From contig FP565575.1 of NCBI GenBank assembly GCA_000091165.1, positions 1,680,001-1,712,000 on the forward strand: a stretch of 32,000 nt of DNA. Reading direction: 5' to 3'. Source of the DNA: Candidatus Methylomirabilis oxygeniifera (GTDB taxonomy: Bacteria > Methylomirabilota > Methylomirabilia > Methylomirabilales > Methylomirabilaceae). Under the pieces are notes generated by a model that saw nothing but the letters and a program-made list of their open reading frames with translations, had not been told where the DNA came from and did not search any database. The position numbers were made by a program, and so were the translations under genes. Numbering within the stretch: position 1 is the stretch's first letter; every line of letters starts with the position of its first letter. This document shows, in pieces, positions 18,523 through 27,622 of this stretch.

Positions 18523-20870
18523 ATGCTAACCGAAGCCGATACCTGCCGAAAGTACGTCCTGCCGAAGCTTTACGCCGCTGGCTGGAGTGACGATCAAATC
18601 AGCGAGCAGAAGTATTTCACCGACGGACGCATTGTCGTGACCGGTCGGAGACACTTCAGGAAACCGGGGAAGAAGGCGGATTACCTGCTCAATTATCGGC
18701 CTGACTACCGGCTTGCTGTGGTTGAGGCCAAGGTCTCCTATAAGAACCCCGCCGACGGCCTTCAGCAGGCAATGGAGTATGCGGAAATCCTCGGGCTCAG
18801 ATTTGCCTATTCGACGAACGGCCATGGAATCGTAGAGCACGACTACACCACAGGTGGGCAGCAGGTCCTGGACATCTTTCCCTCTCCTGATGAACTGTGG
18901 CGTCGGGTTCGTGCGGCCGAAGGCCTGGCCGACGACAAGGCAGCCGAAGACCTGCTGTTTCCGTTTAACCGCGAACTTCGCAATCCAGACGGTTCCATCA
19001 AGACTCCCCGGTATTTCCAGGAGATCGCGATCCATCGAGCCGTGCAGGCCGTCCTGCAGGGCAAACCTCGCATCCTGATCACCATGGCCACGGGGACCGG
19101 CAAGACCTTTGTGGCCGTCCAGATCGTTTGGAAACTCTGGAAGACGGGACATAAAGGGCGGATCCTGTATCTGGTTGATCGGAACATCCTCGTAGATCAG
19201 CCTCTTGTCCGTGAGTTCAACATCTTTGGCGGTGCCGTCTGGAAGATCCAAGGAGAGGCGAAGAAGGGGCGAGAGATCTACTTCGCGCTCTACCAGGCTC
19301 TGGCAGAGGACGAGTCGCGGCTGGGTCTCTATAAGGAATACCCGCCGGATTACTTCGACCTGATCATCGTGGACGAGTGTCACCGTGGGAGCGCGACGGA
19401 TCAGTCCCGCTGGCGCCGAATCCTGGAGTACTTTGATGCGGCCACTCAGATCGGGATGACAGCTACACCCCGGCGCGAGGAGACCCGGGACACCTACGGG
19501 TACTTCGGCAATCCCATCTATACCTATCCATTGAGTCAGGGCATCGAGGATGGGTTCCTGGCACCCTATCGCGTGCATCGCATCGTTCCCAGCGTGGACG
19601 CCACCGGGTGGCGGCCGGAGCGGGACCAACTTGACCGCTTTGGACGCGAGATCCCGAACGGCGTGTACGAGACCAAAGATTTCGAGCGTGTAGTCTCCCT
19701 GCTCAGCCGGACCGAGGTCGTGGCCCAGCATCTGACCGCCTATCTGAAAAGAACAGACCGATTCGCTAAGACCATGGTGTTTTGCGTGGACCAGGAGCAC
19801 GCTGAAGACATGCGTGCCGCGCTGCACAAGGCCAATGAAGACCTTACGCAGCAATACCCACACTACGTGGCGCGCGTAACGGTCGATGAAGGGAAGGTGG
19901 GTCGGGGCCATCTGGATGACTTCGTGGATCCCGAGCGAGACATGCCGGTGATCCTGACGACGTCTAAGCTCCTCAATACCGGAGTGGACGCCCCCACGTG
20001 CCGAAACATTGTCCTGTTCAAGCCTATCGGCTCCATCGTGGAGTTCAAGCAGATCATCGGGCGAGGCACCCGCCTCTATCCGGACAAGGATAAGCTGTGG
20101 TTCACGATCCTGGACTACGCCGGGGCTACCCGCCTCTTCGCCGATCCCAACTTTGATGGGGAGCCTGAACGGATTACTGAGGAAAGGATTTACCCGTCTG
20201 GCGAAGAGCAAGGGTCACCCGTGATAGTCGGAGAAGGCCCTTCGTATGGAGGAGAAGAAGACGAAGACGTGCCCGTGAGCGACTGGCAGGAGCAGCCGCA
20301 CAGGAAGTACTATGTAGACGGGGTCGAGGTGCGGATCACCGCAGAGATAGTGTATGAGCTGGACAGTTCAGGGAAGCAGCAACGAGTCGTCAAGTACACG
20401 GACTATACAGCCGAACAAGTGCGCCGGCTGTACCCCACCCCCGCTGAACTTCGGACAGAGTGGATGGATGCAGAACACCGGGGGGCCATTCAGCAGGCCC
20501 TCGCTGAACGCGGCATTGACTTCTCCGCCCTGGTCGAAGCCACAAACCAGCCAGATGCGGATCCGTTCGATCTTCTCATCCACGTTGCGTGGAACGCTCC
20601 CCTCCGAACCAGGCGGGAGCGCGCCGAGAGTGTGTCCGGAGGGAAAGGAAAGACTTTTGGGACCTGTACACGCCTCAGGCTCGCGGCATTCTCAATGATC
20701 TGCTGGATAAATACACAGACTATGGTGTCACGCAGCTCGATGATCTCCAGATTCTTGAAGTTCCACCTCTCTCCAAGCGCGGAACCCCTATGGAAATCGC
20801 CGGTTTCTTTGGAGGAGTCGATCACCTGCGATCTGCAGTTGCTGAGCTTCAGTCTCTCTTGTACAGATAG
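18523..20870 (+). pseudogene. hsdR: Type I restriction endonuclease R subunit with a frameshift near 20630
   Basis: PDYRLAVVEAK (PD-(D/E)xK), MATGTGKTF (Walker A), IVDECHRGS (DExx), SAT-like MTATPRR. The annotated ORF reads through to 20892 with non-homologous-looking C-terminus. The expected HsdR C-terminus (RRERKDFWDLYTPQARGILNDLLDKYTDYGVTQLDDLQILEVPPLSKRGTPMEIAGFFGG...LQSLLYR) is in the frame of ORF 20589..20870. Confidence 0.88.
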
Positions 20871-20936
20871 GCATAGTAATACAAATAGGTAAAATGCAAT
20901 ATGACCTTATATAATATATTATAGTTATAATTGATA

Positions 20937-20964
20937 AAGGTAATATATAATGATACATTACCTT
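20937..20964. promoter_or_regulatory. Inverted repeat at the abiEi start, candidate operator
   Basis: AAGGTAAT - 12 nt - ATTACCTT, ending 2 nt before ATG 20966, in an AT-rich intergenic stretch with a 12-bp palindrome ATAATATATTAT (20911-20922). Confidence 0.45.
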
Positions 20965-20965
20965 G

Positions 20966-21574
20966 ATGATGGGAAGACGGGATCCACAAGAGGCCAGGCG
21001 TCGTCTTTACGAATATGCAGTTGCCCAAGGCGGCTATTTTACGGCTGCCCAAGCTAGGATAGCCGGCTACCCCAAGCAGCTCCAGTACTACCATGTCAGG
21101 CGTGGCAACTGGGTTCGGGAAGATCGTGGTATCTTTCGCCTCTGGGAATGGCCGAGGAGCTCGCACGAAGACCTCATTCGCTGGACGTTGTGGAGTCGGG
21201 GTGCGGCGGTGGTTTCCCACCAGAGCGCGATGGCGGTGCATGAGATCAGCGATCTAATGCCGGCCAAGATACACCTGACTGTCCCGCCGGAGTTTCGCAA
21301 AACTCCATCCCCAGCCATGGTCCTTCACCGGGACCGTCTTGCTCCCCACGAAATTGAACAGCGTGATGGGTTTCGTGTTACAACACCCCTGAGAACCCTT
21401 ATTGATGCCGCCCGCGTCGATGTGGATCCTGAGCGTCTATCCGCTGCAGTCCGGGATGCCGTTTTGAAAGGCCTCGTTGCAGACCGCCACATCGAGGCTG
21501 CCATAGACACACTCCAAGGAGCGGCGGCAGAACGCCTGTATCAGGCGCTCACTCTGGCCCGGAAGGCTGCTTGA
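20966..21574 (+). CDS. abiEi: AbiEi-type antitoxin (type IV toxin-antitoxin)
   Basis: YEYAVAQGGYFTAAQARIAGYPKQLQYYHVRRGNWVREDRGIFRL (wHTH) and a C-terminal region (VTTPLRTLIDAARVDVDPERLSAAVRDAV). Overlaps a nucleotidyltransferase toxin gene. Confidence 0.82.
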   Translation: MMGRRDPQEARRRLYEYAVAQGGYFTAAQARIAGYPKQLQYYHVRRGNWVREDRGIFRLWEWPRSSHEDLIRWTLWSRGAAVVSHQSAMAVHEISDLMPAKIHLTVPPEFRKTPSPAMVLHRDRLAPHEIEQRDGFRVTTPLRTLIDAARVDVDPERLSAAVRDAVLKGLVADRHIEAAIDTLQGAAAERLYQALTLARKAA

Positions 21575-22440
21575 TGAGATACGCCAATGCGGCAAGCTTC
21601 CGGATGGCCCTGGAGGAACGCATCAGGCAGCGCAGTGCCACCGATGGAGTGGCGATACAACGACTCAGAAAGCGCGTCACATTCGAGCGGTTTCTGGCTC
21701 GTCTTCAAGCGCCACCGGACAGCCCCTGGTTCTTGAAAGGGGCATTCGCCCTGGATCTTCGATTTGGGGATCGATCCCGCACCACGAAAGACCTCGACCT
21801 CGCAGTTGATCTTGCCATCGCGTCCAATGTTGTTCCCGCGACTCCAGCGGGGATCGCAGCACGTCTGCAGGCGGCCGCAGCTTACGAGCTGGACGACTTC
21901 ATCGTCTTTAGTGTCCCGGCGGAAGGAGAACGGATCCAGCAAGAACCAAGCGCTCAGACCTATCGGTTCCACGTTCGGGCACTCCTGGATAAACGTCCCT
22001 TCGAAGACTTCAAGGTCGATGTCGGTACCGTAACGCCACTGGTTGCACCAACGGAAGAGATTGCTGAGAGCGACACGTTGCGCTTTGCAGGGATTGTTCC
22101 CCGACGGTTCCGAGCGATCTCGCTCGCCCAGCACTTTGCCGAAAAGATTCACGCGCTCACCTTTCCGTGGGAAGATCGGGAACAAACCAGGGTGAAGGAT
22201 CTCGTGGACATTGTGCTGATCCTCGAGGTGAACGCACCCGATCCCCACACAGCCCGGAATGCCCTCCAAGCGGTGTTCGATGGAAGAGGCACGCATTCTC
22301 TTCCCTCCCAGATTTCCGATCCGCCACCCTCATGGACTGGGTCATATACCGCCACTGCAAGAGAGCTCACACTCACTCACATGACTATAGAAGACGGCAC
22401 CAGGCTTCTTCATCAATTTTGGGCCAAAGTTTTTCCATGA
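21574..22440 (+). CDS. abiEii: AbiEii-type nucleotidyltransferase toxin
   Basis: FLKGAFALDLRFGDRSRTTKDLDLAVDL, the typical AbiEii NTase core. TGATG overlap with the antitoxin stop. Confidence 0.88.
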   Translation: MRYANAASFRMALEERIRQRSATDGVAIQRLRKRVTFERFLARLQAPPDSPWFLKGAFALDLRFGDRSRTTKDLDLAVDLAIASNVVPATPAGIAARLQAAAAYELDDFIVFSVPAEGERIQQEPSAQTYRFHVRALLDKRPFEDFKVDVGTVTPLVAPTEEIAESDTLRFAGIVPRRFRAISLAQHFAEKIHALTFPWEDREQTRVKDLVDIVLILEVNAPDPHTARNALQAVFDGRGTHSLPSQISDPPPSWTGSYTATARELTLTHMTIEDGTRLLHQFWAKVFP

Positions 22441-22449
22441 GGTAAGAGT

Positions 22450-23961
22450 ATGGCGAGACGCAGAAGAGAAGAGACCTCAGTGCCGCTGACAGCAAAGGCA
22501 CAACTGTCAGCGGCTACCAAGAGAGCACGGGATATCATGCGCAAGGACGCCGGACTGAACGGCGACCTGGATCGCATTCCCCAGCTCTCCTGGATCATGT
22601 TCTTGAAATGCTTCGACGACCTTGAGCAACGTCGCGAGGTGACGGAGAAGAAGTATCGGCTCGCAATCGAGCCACCCTACCGGTGGCGTGACTGGGCAGG
22701 CAACCCGGACAAGGGACTGACAGGAGAGTCGCTTCTCAAGTTCATCAACGACGAGCTGTTCCCATATCTGCGGAGCCTCACGGGAACGGTGGCAGGGGAT
22801 GCAAGAGACGTTCTGGCGGCTGTCTTCAAGGAAACCTATAACCGAATGCTTTCCGGATACCTCCTGCGGGATGTCGTGAATCTGGTCAACCGGCTCAATT
22901 TTAATTCTTCTGACGACATCCACACACTGGCCCACCTGTACGAGTCGATGCTCCGCGAGATGCGAGACGCGGCGGGGGACTCCGGCGAATTCTACACGCC
23001 CAGGCCAGTCATTCGGCTTATTGTGCAGCAGGTAAACCCTCGCCTGGGAGAGAGGGTGCTGGACCCGGCGGCGGGGACCGGCGGCTTTCTTGTGGAGTCC
23101 TACGAACACCTGAAGGCCCAGGTGAAAAGCGTGGAGGATCGACGGCGCCTTCAGGAGGATACGCTTTTCGGAATCGAAAAGAAGCCGATGCCATACCTGC
23201 TTGGGATGATGAACCTCCTGCTTCACGGCCTGGACCGCCCGAATCTGCTCCGCGACAACGCCTTGAGGAACCCGCTCGTCCAGATCACCGACAGCGGCGC
23301 ACGCTATCACGTGATCATGACAAACCCACCCTTTGGTGGTGAGGAGGAGAAGGGTGTCCAGGACAACTTTCCGGATGCCACTCGCACCTCGGAAACCGCC
23401 CTCCTCTTCCTGCAATTCATCATGCGTAGTCTCAAGCGCGGGGGTCGCTGCGGTATGGTCGTCCCCAACGGCACGCTCTTCGGTGATGGCGTCTGCGCCC
23501 GCGTCAAAAAGGAGCTTCTCGAACACTTCAACCTGCACACGATCGTCCGCCTCCCCAACGGGGTCTTCGCGCCCTATACCTCTATCCCCACCAACCTGCT
23601 CTTTTTCGACCGCTCCGGTCCCACGAAGGAGATCTGGTATTACGAGCAACCGCTGCCCGAGGGCCGGAAAAACTACACGAAAACCCAGCCTCTTCAGTTT
23701 GAGGAGTTCGCTCCTTGCGTGGCCTGGTGGAAGAACCGTGAGGAGAATGACCGTGCCTGGAAGGTTTCGATCAACAATGTGCTGAAGTATGACAAGAATA
23801 GTAATCTTATCTCCGCCAACCTCGACATCAAGAACCCGAATGGCAAGCGGGACTTCGAGCATTTGCCACCGGAGCAACTGGCCGATGACATTTTGAAGAA
23901 AGAGCAGCAGATTCTAGAGATCATGGCGGAGATTAAGCAGACGCTGGCGAGGGCAGGGTGA
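22450..23961 (+). CDS. hsdM: Type I restriction-modification DNA methyltransferase subunit
   Basis: LDPAAGTGGFLVES (SAM-binding motif), MTNPPFGG (NPPF motif), N-terminal HsdM helical region. Confidence 0.97.
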   Translation: MARRRREETSVPLTAKAQLSAATKRARDIMRKDAGLNGDLDRIPQLSWIMFLKCFDDLEQRREVTEKKYRLAIEPPYRWRDWAGNPDKGLTGESLLKFINDELFPYLRSLTGTVAGDARDVLAAVFKETYNRMLSGYLLRDVVNLVNRLNFNSSDDIHTLAHLYESMLREMRDAAGDSGEFYTPRPVIRLIVQQVNPRLGERVLDPAAGTGGFLVESYEHLKAQVKSVEDRRRLQEDTLFGIEKKPMPYLLGMMNLLLHGLDRPNLLRDNALRNPLVQITDSGARYHVIMTNPPFGGEEEKGVQDNFPDATRTSETALLFLQFIMRSLKRGGRCGMVVPNGTLFGDGVCARVKKELLEHFNLHTIVRLPNGVFAPYTSIPTNLLFFDRSGPTKEIWYYEQPLPEGRKNYTKTQPLQFEEFAPCVAWWKNREENDRAWKVSINNVLKYDKNSNLISANLDIKNPNGKRDFEHLPPEQLADDILKKEQQILEIMAEIKQTLARAG

Positions 23962-25151
23962 CGAACAAGGGCTTCCCAATGGTGCCGCTGGCACGAGTTA
24001 TTGGGCACCGTAAGGAGTTCATAACAGTCGACGATTTGGAAACCTATAAACGATGCCGTGTGCAACTCCACGCCCAGGGTATCGTTTTGCGAGACATCGT
24101 CTCTGGTTCGGAGATCAAGACCAAGAAGCAACAGGTCTGTCGGGCAGGTGAGTTCCTAGTGGCAGAGATCGATGCCAAGGTTGGGGGTTTCGGAATCGTT
24201 CCCGATGATCTTGATGGAGCCATTGTCAGCAACCACTACTTTCTCTTCCAAATTGATCATACGGTATTGGACTGTCGATTCTTGGACTTCTTCATCCGTA
24301 CGCCAACGTTTCGTGATCAGGTAGCAGCCCAAGGATCGACCAACTACGCGGCCATTCGCCCCAATGATGTGCTTGGCTACAAGATTTCACTACCTCCCCT
24401 GGAGGAGCAGTGGAGACTTGTGGCGCGGATCGAAGAACTGGCCGCCAAGATCGAGCAAGCCAGGGACCTTCGACGTGAGGCGGTGGAAGAGGCGGGAGCA
24501 CTGCTCTCTGCTGCGAGCAGGAATTTATTTGTTTCGGACGGTCTCAAAGCCCCACGGGGCCGACTCGAACACTTCGCTACGCGCATTACGAAAGGCGAAT
24601 CTCCTGAATGGCAGGGTTTTACGTATCAAGAGTTAGGTCCCGTGTTTGTCCGCAGTGAAAATGTCGGCTGGGGCACATTGGACCTTTCCCGGCGGACATG
24701 CATTCCTGAGGAATTTCACCATAAGTTGAAACGCTCCCAGTTACAACCAGGAGATGTCCTGATAAATCTTGTCGGTGCGTCGATCGGGCGCTCTTGCGTT
24801 GTTCCTGCAGATCTCGGGGAAGCGAATGTGAACCAAGCCGTTGCGGTTATTTCTCCAGATTCTCGGCAGCTAGACAGCAATTTTCTGATGCATTTTCTAA
24901 TCAGCGCACCGGCTCAAACTACTATTCACAGCGGGAAGGTTGAGACTGCACGTCCAAACATTTCCCTGGGAGATCTTCGAAATTTGATTCTGCCGGTCCC
25001 GCCCCTCTTCGAGCAGCAGCGCATCGTCGCGTACCTGGACAACTTGTGGGCGAAGGTTGACGCTCTGAAGCGCTTGCAGGCCGCGACCAACCCTGAACTT
25101 GGCGCGTTGCTCCCTTCCGTCCTCGACAAGGCTTTCAAGGGGGAACTCTGA
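23958..25151 (+). CDS. hsdS: Type I restriction-modification specificity subunit
   Basis: GTGA overlap with hsdM; two TRD-like halves, each ending in a conserved helix (LPPLEEQWRLVARIEELAAKIEQAR and VPPLFEQQRIVAYLDNLWAKVDALK). Confidence 0.95.
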   Translation: MTNKGFPMVPLARVIGHRKEFITVDDLETYKRCRVQLHAQGIVLRDIVSGSEIKTKKQQVCRAGEFLVAEIDAKVGGFGIVPDDLDGAIVSNHYFLFQIDHTVLDCRFLDFFIRTPTFRDQVAAQGSTNYAAIRPNDVLGYKISLPPLEEQWRLVARIEELAAKIEQARDLRREAVEEAGALLSAASRNLFVSDGLKAPRGRLEHFATRITKGESPEWQGFTYQELGPVFVRSENVGWGTLDLSRRTCIPEEFHHKLKRSQLQPGDVLINLVGASIGRSCVVPADLGEANVNQAVAVISPDSRQLDSNFLMHFLISAPAQTTIHSGKVETARPNISLGDLRNLILPVPPLFEQQRIVAYLDNLWAKVDALKRLQAATNPELGALLPSVLDKAFKGEL

Positions 25152-25391
25152 GTGGCTGCTGACTACACATCACGGCAAGGGCAGTTTCTCGCCTTCATTT
25201 ACTACTACACCAAGGTAAACGGGCGGCCGCCTGCCGAAACCGACATGCAGTGGTACTTCCGGGTCACGCCCCCTTCAGTGCATCAGATGGTCATCAAGCT
25301 GGAGGAGCGGGGACACATCGCTCGGGTGCCAGGACAGGGGCGATCAATACGTTTGCTGCTCCCCCGTGAACAATTACCCGACTTAGAGTAA
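25152..25391 (+). CDS. Small LexA-N-terminal-like winged-helix protein
   Basis: 79 aa: TSRQGQFLAFIYYYTKVNGRPPAETDMQWYFRVTPPSVHQMVIKLEERGHIARVPGQGRSIRLLL. GTG start directly after the hsdS TGA. Confidence 0.75.
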   Translation: MAADYTSRQGQFLAFIYYYTKVNGRPPAETDMQWYFRVTPPSVHQMVIKLEERGHIARVPGQGRSIRLLLPREQLPDLE

Positions 25392-25558
25392 TCCAATCTG
25401 CGGCACATCACGCCCGACCAGATAGGGAGAGGAGAGACACGGCTTTCAAACAACATCAAAGGACTTGCCGGAGTAGGGGTAATCATCTATATTCACTTCC
25501 ATGAGCGACGCAGTAGAAACGTTTCGCTTCGTCGCCACTCACAACTAAAGGGAGTCTG

Positions 25559-25945
25559 GTGCTAGGCTGCGAGCGAGTACAGGCACGGGGTAGAGGCGAT
25601 CGTTGGGCTGCGGCTCTTATGGCCCTCGCTATCGGCTTTCTGCTGCTGGCTCCTGATCCGCACGATCATGGCGATGCCGCCTCACTCGGTGGTCTGCTTC
25701 GGCTGCTGCTACCCGGTTCGAGCCAAGCCGCTGATCCTCATCCGTCTCACGACGCGCCTCAGCCGGAGGCAAACGGGTCCTGTGCGATCCATTTCTGGCA
25801 CCAAGTCGCCGCGACCGGCCTCCTCTTCGCGCTCCTGCTGCGATTCTTCCTCAGCTCACTTTTCAGCACTCCCTCATTCGTCACAGTTCTCTCCATCACA
25901 CATCTCGAATCCTTTCACGGCCGCGCCCCACCTATTTTTTCCTAA
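25559..25945 (+). CDS. Small His-rich membrane protein upstream of the metal uptake cluster
   Basis: GTG start with AAAGGGAG upstream; two hydrophobic segments around DPHDHGDA...DPHPSHDAPQPEANGSCAIHFWHQVAA. Confidence 0.55.
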   Translation: MLGCERVQARGRGDRWAAALMALAIGFLLLAPDPHDHGDAASLGGLLRLLLPGSSQAADPHPSHDAPQPEANGSCAIHFWHQVAATGLLFALLLRFFLSSLFSTPSFVTVLSITHLESFHGRAPPIFS

Positions 25946-26068
25946 TACCCGATTCGTTCTAACCTGTAGACGGTAAGCCCGGGATATCCTTATCTCTACG
26001 GCTACCTTTCCGTGCGGGGTGGTCCAGCCCCCGTCAAATGCCGTCGTCTTTCTGAGGAGGAACAATCG

Positions 26069-27601
26069 ATGTGTACCCTCTCCATTAAGCGGCTAGGCCT
26101 GATTACGTTGACGTTCTTAGCCGCATTGATTATCGAAACTGGAGCTACATGGGCGCAGGTCAAGAATCCAGAGTTAGAAGCCCTCGTCAAAGAGGTTGCA
26201 GAGCTTCGCCGGCGTGATGCCGAGAAGGAGAAGAAGCTGGAGAAGCTTCAGCGTGAGATTGAAGCGATGCGATCTCAGTTGCCAACAGCGGAAAAACCCG
26301 CGACCTCTGAAGCGGCCCTCGAGAAGGCTTTGAAGGGCACAGAGGCGCCGTCGCCGGAATCGGCACTTGACAAGGCAGTACGGGCGCTTGAGACGCCCGC
26401 TCTTCAGCCCGTCACGCCCGATCTCTTCTCCCGTCAGGTCGGTGGCAGTACCTTCCGGCTGATCGACCTCTCGCTGGATGGGCTATTCGCCGCAGGAACG
26501 TCTACCAAACGAGAAGCCTCGATCCGGCAGCTTGAGGGCGGTGATCACGACCCCCGTAAGCGCGGCTTTACGGTTCAGAACGTTGAGCTGTCACTGGCAG
26601 GCGCCGTGGACCCGTACCTGACGGGCGAGGCCCATATCGTCTATAAGATCGACCCCGAGGTCGGCGATACCCATATCGAATTGGAGGAAGCCTTCTTTAC
26701 GACGCAAGCACTCCCGTATGGACTGCAACTCAAAGGCGGCCATTTTTTCACCGAGTTCGGTCAGATCAACCCCCAGCATCCGCATCAGTGGCACTGGATG
26801 GATCAACCGGTTATCAATACGCGGCTGTTCGGTCCCGATGGGATGCGCGCGCCAGGCGTTCGGTTAGGATGGCTGACGCCGCTTCCCTGGTACTCTGAAT
26901 TGCAGTTCGGGGTCCAGAACGCGAACGGCGAAACCATGTCGAGCTTTCTGGCCAACGAGGAGTTCTTCGAGGAGCGGCCGATCGGCGGTCGTCCGTTTGT
27001 CGAGCGTGATGTCAGGAATCTTGGGGATCTCACATATCTTACCCGTTGGGTGAACTCCTGGAACATCAGCGAGACGGTGACGACTAAGTTCGGTGCGTCG
27101 GGGCTTTTTGGCGCCAACGCAACCGGCTCGGATGGCCATACCCGCATCTATGGCGCCGATCTCAAGTTAACGTGGCGCCAGATAGCGAACTTCAGGGGGT
27201 GGCCGTTCTTCCTCTGGCAGTCAGAGGCAATGGGGCGGGATTACGTAGCAGATCGCTTCTCTGATGATACGATCAGCTTACCGCGGAAGACGCTTCGGGA
27301 CTGGGGATTCTACACGCAGGCGTTGTACGGCTTCTCATATGGATGGGCTGCCGGACTGCGTTACGAATATGCGAGCGGAACGGGGGCAAGCGTCCTCGTG
27401 TACGATGGCCGGAAGAATGACCCGTTCCGGGATGACCGACACCGAATCTCGCCGCTATTTGCCTGGCAGCCCTCTGAGTTTTCGAGAATCCGCCTGCAGT
27501 ATAACTACGATCGGGCGGATCACCTACAACATCACAACGCTCATTCCGTCTGGTTGGGGATCGAATTCATGTATGGCGCTCACGCCGCCCACAAGTACTA
27601 A
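26069..27601 (+). CDS. Outer-membrane beta-barrel protein with N-terminal coiled coil, part of the metal cluster
   Basis: GAGGAGGAA RBS before ATG 26069; signal peptide; ELEALVKEVAELRRRDAEKEKKLEKLQREIEAMRSQ coiled coil; barrel-like C-terminal part with His-rich segment NPQHPHQWHW and tail YGAHAAHKY. Confidence 0.75.
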   Translation: MCTLSIKRLGLITLTFLAALIIETGATWAQVKNPELEALVKEVAELRRRDAEKEKKLEKLQREIEAMRSQLPTAEKPATSEAALEKALKGTEAPSPESALDKAVRALETPALQPVTPDLFSRQVGGSTFRLIDLSLDGLFAAGTSTKREASIRQLEGGDHDPRKRGFTVQNVELSLAGAVDPYLTGEAHIVYKIDPEVGDTHIELEEAFFTTQALPYGLQLKGGHFFTEFGQINPQHPHQWHWMDQPVINTRLFGPDGMRAPGVRLGWLTPLPWYSELQFGVQNANGETMSSFLANEEFFEERPIGGRPFVERDVRNLGDLTYLTRWVNSWNISETVTTKFGASGLFGANATGSDGHTRIYGADLKLTWRQIANFRGWPFFLWQSEAMGRDYVADRFSDDTISLPRKTLRDWGFYTQALYGFSYGWAAGLRYEYASGTGASVLVYDGRKNDPFRDDRHRISPLFAWQPSEFSRIRLQYNYDRADHLQHHNAHSVWLGIEFMYGAHAAHKY

Positions 27602-27622
27602 CAAAGCCAAGGAGGATCAGCA

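Noticed and set aside
18526-20211. 561-aa minus-strand ORF
   Set aside because: Exact antisense of the helicase part of hsdR; no recognisable domain.
21541-22296. 251-aa minus-strand ORF
   Set aside because: Antisense to abiEii.
22507-23877. 456-aa minus-strand ORF
   Set aside because: Antisense of hsdM; shadow ORF.
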